A DNA stretch of 64,000 nucleotides. It comes from Heteronotia binoei (taxonomy: Eukaryota). A program made the position numbers and the translations under genes. The number at the start of each line of letters is the position of its first letter. The stretch's first letter is position 1. The stretch lies in assembly GCF_032191835.1 (NCBI RefSeq), contig NC_083235.1:37014001-37078000 (forward strand), written 5' to 3'. Below the pieces are notes generated by a model, which was not told the DNA's origin, did no database searches, and saw nothing but the letters and a program-made list of their open reading frames with translations. Shown in pieces: positions 61,192 to 64,000 of the stretch.

Positions 61192-62557
61192 TAGAATCAT
61201 AGAGTTGGAAGGGACCTCCAGGGTACTTTCCCCGATGTTATTCAACATCTATATGCGCCCCCTTGCCCAGATTGCCCGAAGGTATGGGCTGGGTTGTCAT
61301 CAATATGCTGATGACACCCAGCTCTATCTGCTTATGGACCGCCGGCCCGCCTGCGCCCCAGAAAATCTGGACCGGGCGTTACAGGCAGTGGCTAGGTGGC
61401 TTAGGCTGAGCGGGCTGAAGCTGAATCCGGCGAAGACAGAGGTCCTTTGCTTGGGTCGCTGCGGCCCAGGAAGGGAAACCCCCCTGCCAGTTTTTGATGG
61501 CGCGCCGCTGACAGCGTCGGGCAGGGTCAAGAGCCTGGGGGTGCTATTGGAGCCCTCTCTGATGATGGAGGCTCAGATAGCAGCCACTGCCAAGTCCGCT
61601 TTTTTTCACCTTAGGTGGGCGAGGCAGTTGGCCCCCTTCCTGGAGCGCGACGACCTAGCAACAGTGATTCATGCTACGGTCACCTCGAGGTTGGACTACT
61701 GTAATGCCCTCTACATGGGGCTACCCTTGTGCCGGACCCGGAAACTGCAGTTAGTGCAGAACGCTGCTGCCTGGCTGCTACTAGGGCTCCCAAGATGGGA
61801 GCACATTCGGCCGGGGCTCCGGGATCTGCACTGGCTGCCAGTAATATTCCGAGTCCAGTACAAGGTGTTGGTCATTACCTTTAAAGCCCTATATGGCCTA
61901 GGACCTGCCTACCTTAGGGACTGTCTCTCCCCACACGTTCCCCAGAGAGTACTACGCTCCGGTTCACAAAACCTGCTGGTAGTCCCCGGGCCAAAGGAGG
62001 CCCGTCTAAAATCCACCAGGGATCGGGCCTTCTCAATAGCGGCACCTTATTGGTGGAACCAGCTGCCGGAGGAGGTGCGGGCCCTGCGGGACCTAGGGCT
62101 GTTCCGCAGGGCCTGTAAGACAGCCCTCTTCCGGCAGGCCTATAACACCTAACTGATAATGAGAACATCTCTGGATGGAACAAAAATGCTCTTATAGACC
62201 GCTGGTTTTATTTTATCTTGTTTTATTAATTATGGTTTTAATTGTACTTGTAAACGTTTTAAATTGAATTATATGAATTATTATGTTGCAAGCCGCCCTG
62301 AGACTCTTCGGTGAGAAGGGCGGGATATAAGTCCATTAAATAAAATAAATAAAATAAAATAAACCCCCTTCACAATGCAGGAAACTCACAAATACCTCCC
62401 TCTAAATTCACAGGATCCTCATTGCTGTCAGATCTAACCTCTGTTTAAAAACCTCCAAGAAAGGAGAGCCCACCACCTCCCGAGGAAGCCACTGAGGAAC
62501 CGCTCTCACGGTCAGGAATTTCTTCCTAACGTTGAGCCGGAAACTCTTTTGATTTAA
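61192..62557 (-). mobile_element. CR1 3' fragment (TTCTATGA family) split by the L2 insertion: 61192-61224 and ~62363-62557
   Basis: Both pieces are reverse-complement homologues of 22870-23127. Confidence 0.8.
61225..62362 (+). mobile_element. Young L2 LINE, 5'-truncated, with uninterrupted RT C-terminal frame to 62152 and (AAATA)n tail
   Basis: LSPMLFNIYM..HQYADDTQLY..LKLNPAKTE..VTSRLDYCN..HWLPV..DRAFSIAAPYWWNQLP; no stop over ~309 L2 codons; many CpGs retained. Confidence 0.95.
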
Positions 62558-63329
62558 GTTCTTGTTCTTGTAGGGGTGGTCTGTAGTCTCTCATGGATGG
62601 TTGGAAAGGCATCTTTGCCTGTCCACACTCAGTTTGTCCTACAGCCGAGTTAATGTCCCTTGGCAAATGGCAAAACACCATCACAGGTCTCCTTTCCTGT
62701 GTTTGGACCCACTCACCTAATCTAAGTTTGAAACCAGCTTCTCATAGGTGAGAAGGATCCTGTTTGACATGTTCTCAGTTGCAGTGACAGATATACCGCT
62801 CTTAACCACAGCCACAGCAGTCCTTTGCCTGGGGTGTGAACCTGCCTTCTAAATTTTCATTACACAAGGACATCCATGCATGACATATGATGGGTTTTTG
62901 TTTATTTATTTTGGAACATTTATCTCCCACACTGCTGTCAACCAGTGCAGTCCCCATCAATAATATAAATCAGAGAACAATACAAAGCAAATTAAAACCA
63001 TCTCTCAATCTTTCTTTTCCCTTTGGATTCCAAGTGTGTTGTCCCCTCTTGTTTGTATTTAAAGTGACTTATACCTGTCTGTATGCATAAACTTTCCACC
63101 TACAAAAAAAATTCAGAATTTATCTGTGGTGTGTTGATGGATCAGATGCTATCCAATAGGTGCCTGTCACAGCTTACTTTAGAAACCTGCAGAACCACCA
63201 GCAGCTCGGCTTGTTCCAGGACGTCAGAATGTATGGAAGTGTTAACGGCAGCAAACTTACTTCACACCAGACTGTTAACATCTGTCTGCACCTTAGCCAA
63301 TTTCCTCCATTTGGAACGGAACTGCCTGC

Positions 63330-64000
63330 AAATCCTTCAACGGGCAAATGCCTCGCTGGTTCTCCCCCCGCTCCAGTCCGGCAAGCCTCAGTTTGGCGCG
63401 GGCGCCCCCTAGAGCAACGAGAGTCCCTGGCGATGCGTTCCAGTCCCCCAGCAGGCTTGTGGAAAAGCAAAGTGGCGGAACTTTCCAATTCTGAGGGCTA
63501 AACTGTGCCTCTTCCCTCTCAATTATTCTGTTGTGACGGGACCTGGAGACAAATTGGCATGTCAGAGGCAGCTGGAGTGGGTTTGGAAGGAGAATTGTGC
63601 AAATGAATACAGATGGGCTTCAGGCGGCTGGGCCGACTCGCCATTTAATCCAGGGCATGTTTGTAATAAAACAAGCGCTTCCACGCCGGGGCCTAAATTG
63701 GATGAAAATTGTCCTTGAATGGCTACATAAACTAGGAAGGGGGGTGGGAGGGAGAGAGAGAGAGAAAAGAGGCAAGGAAAGCTGTTTCTCTACCCCCCCC
63801 CCCTTTTAATCAGAGTAGGGGTCTATCTTGGGGGCTTTGTTTGTAGGCGGGGTGGGGAAGGACTCAAGCGTCTCTCGGGACTGTCGGAAATCCATCTGTC
63901 TCGGCAAGTGTAAGCAAAGCAAGGAGAGGCCCCGGCAGGGCTTTATTGAAATGAAAATTGACTTGATTGTTGGGGATTACGGAGCGTGGCATGGAACGGC
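63330..64000. promoter_or_regulatory. CpG-enriched, repeat-free segment; possible regulatory element or edge of a CpG island
   Basis: Clustered CpGs (GGCGCGGGCGCC, GGCGGCTGGGCCGACTCGCC), TAAT/CCAAT motifs and a CTCF-like motif at 63402-63416. No gene is visible. Confidence 0.3.

Noticed and set aside
63652-63661. p53 half-site GGGCATGTTT
   Set aside because: It is a single half-site with no adjacent second half.

Overview
Vertebrate genomic DNA, almost certainly a squamate reptile and probably a gecko, judged from Sauria/Squam-type SINEs, CR1/L2/L1 LINEs and hAT MITEs. There is one host gene: coding exon 1 of C1QL4 on the minus strand (9732-10289, GT donor at 9731). Exon 2 was not found, so intron 1 runs past position 1. 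The remaining ~53 kb upstream is intergenic and TE-rich, with two ~2-2.4 kb CR1 copies, two L1 fragments, a young L2, two solo LTRs with perfect 5-bp TSDs, many hAT MITEs with 8-bp TSDs, and tRNA- and 5S-derived SINEs. Best leads: (1) an AUG-free 412-nt C1QL4 leader with an in-frame AUU in Kozak context, whose 31-aa extension would turn the signal peptide into a type II signal anchor; (2) two independent ~40-nt insertions inside CR1 copies, each copied from DNA just beyond that element's 3' end; (3) a cluster of minimal type I hammerhead-ribozyme relics of Penelope type. Most ORFs in the supplied track are spurious or TE-derived. No prokaryotic features (CRISPR, operons) were seen. TE family names come from recognition by eye, not database searches.
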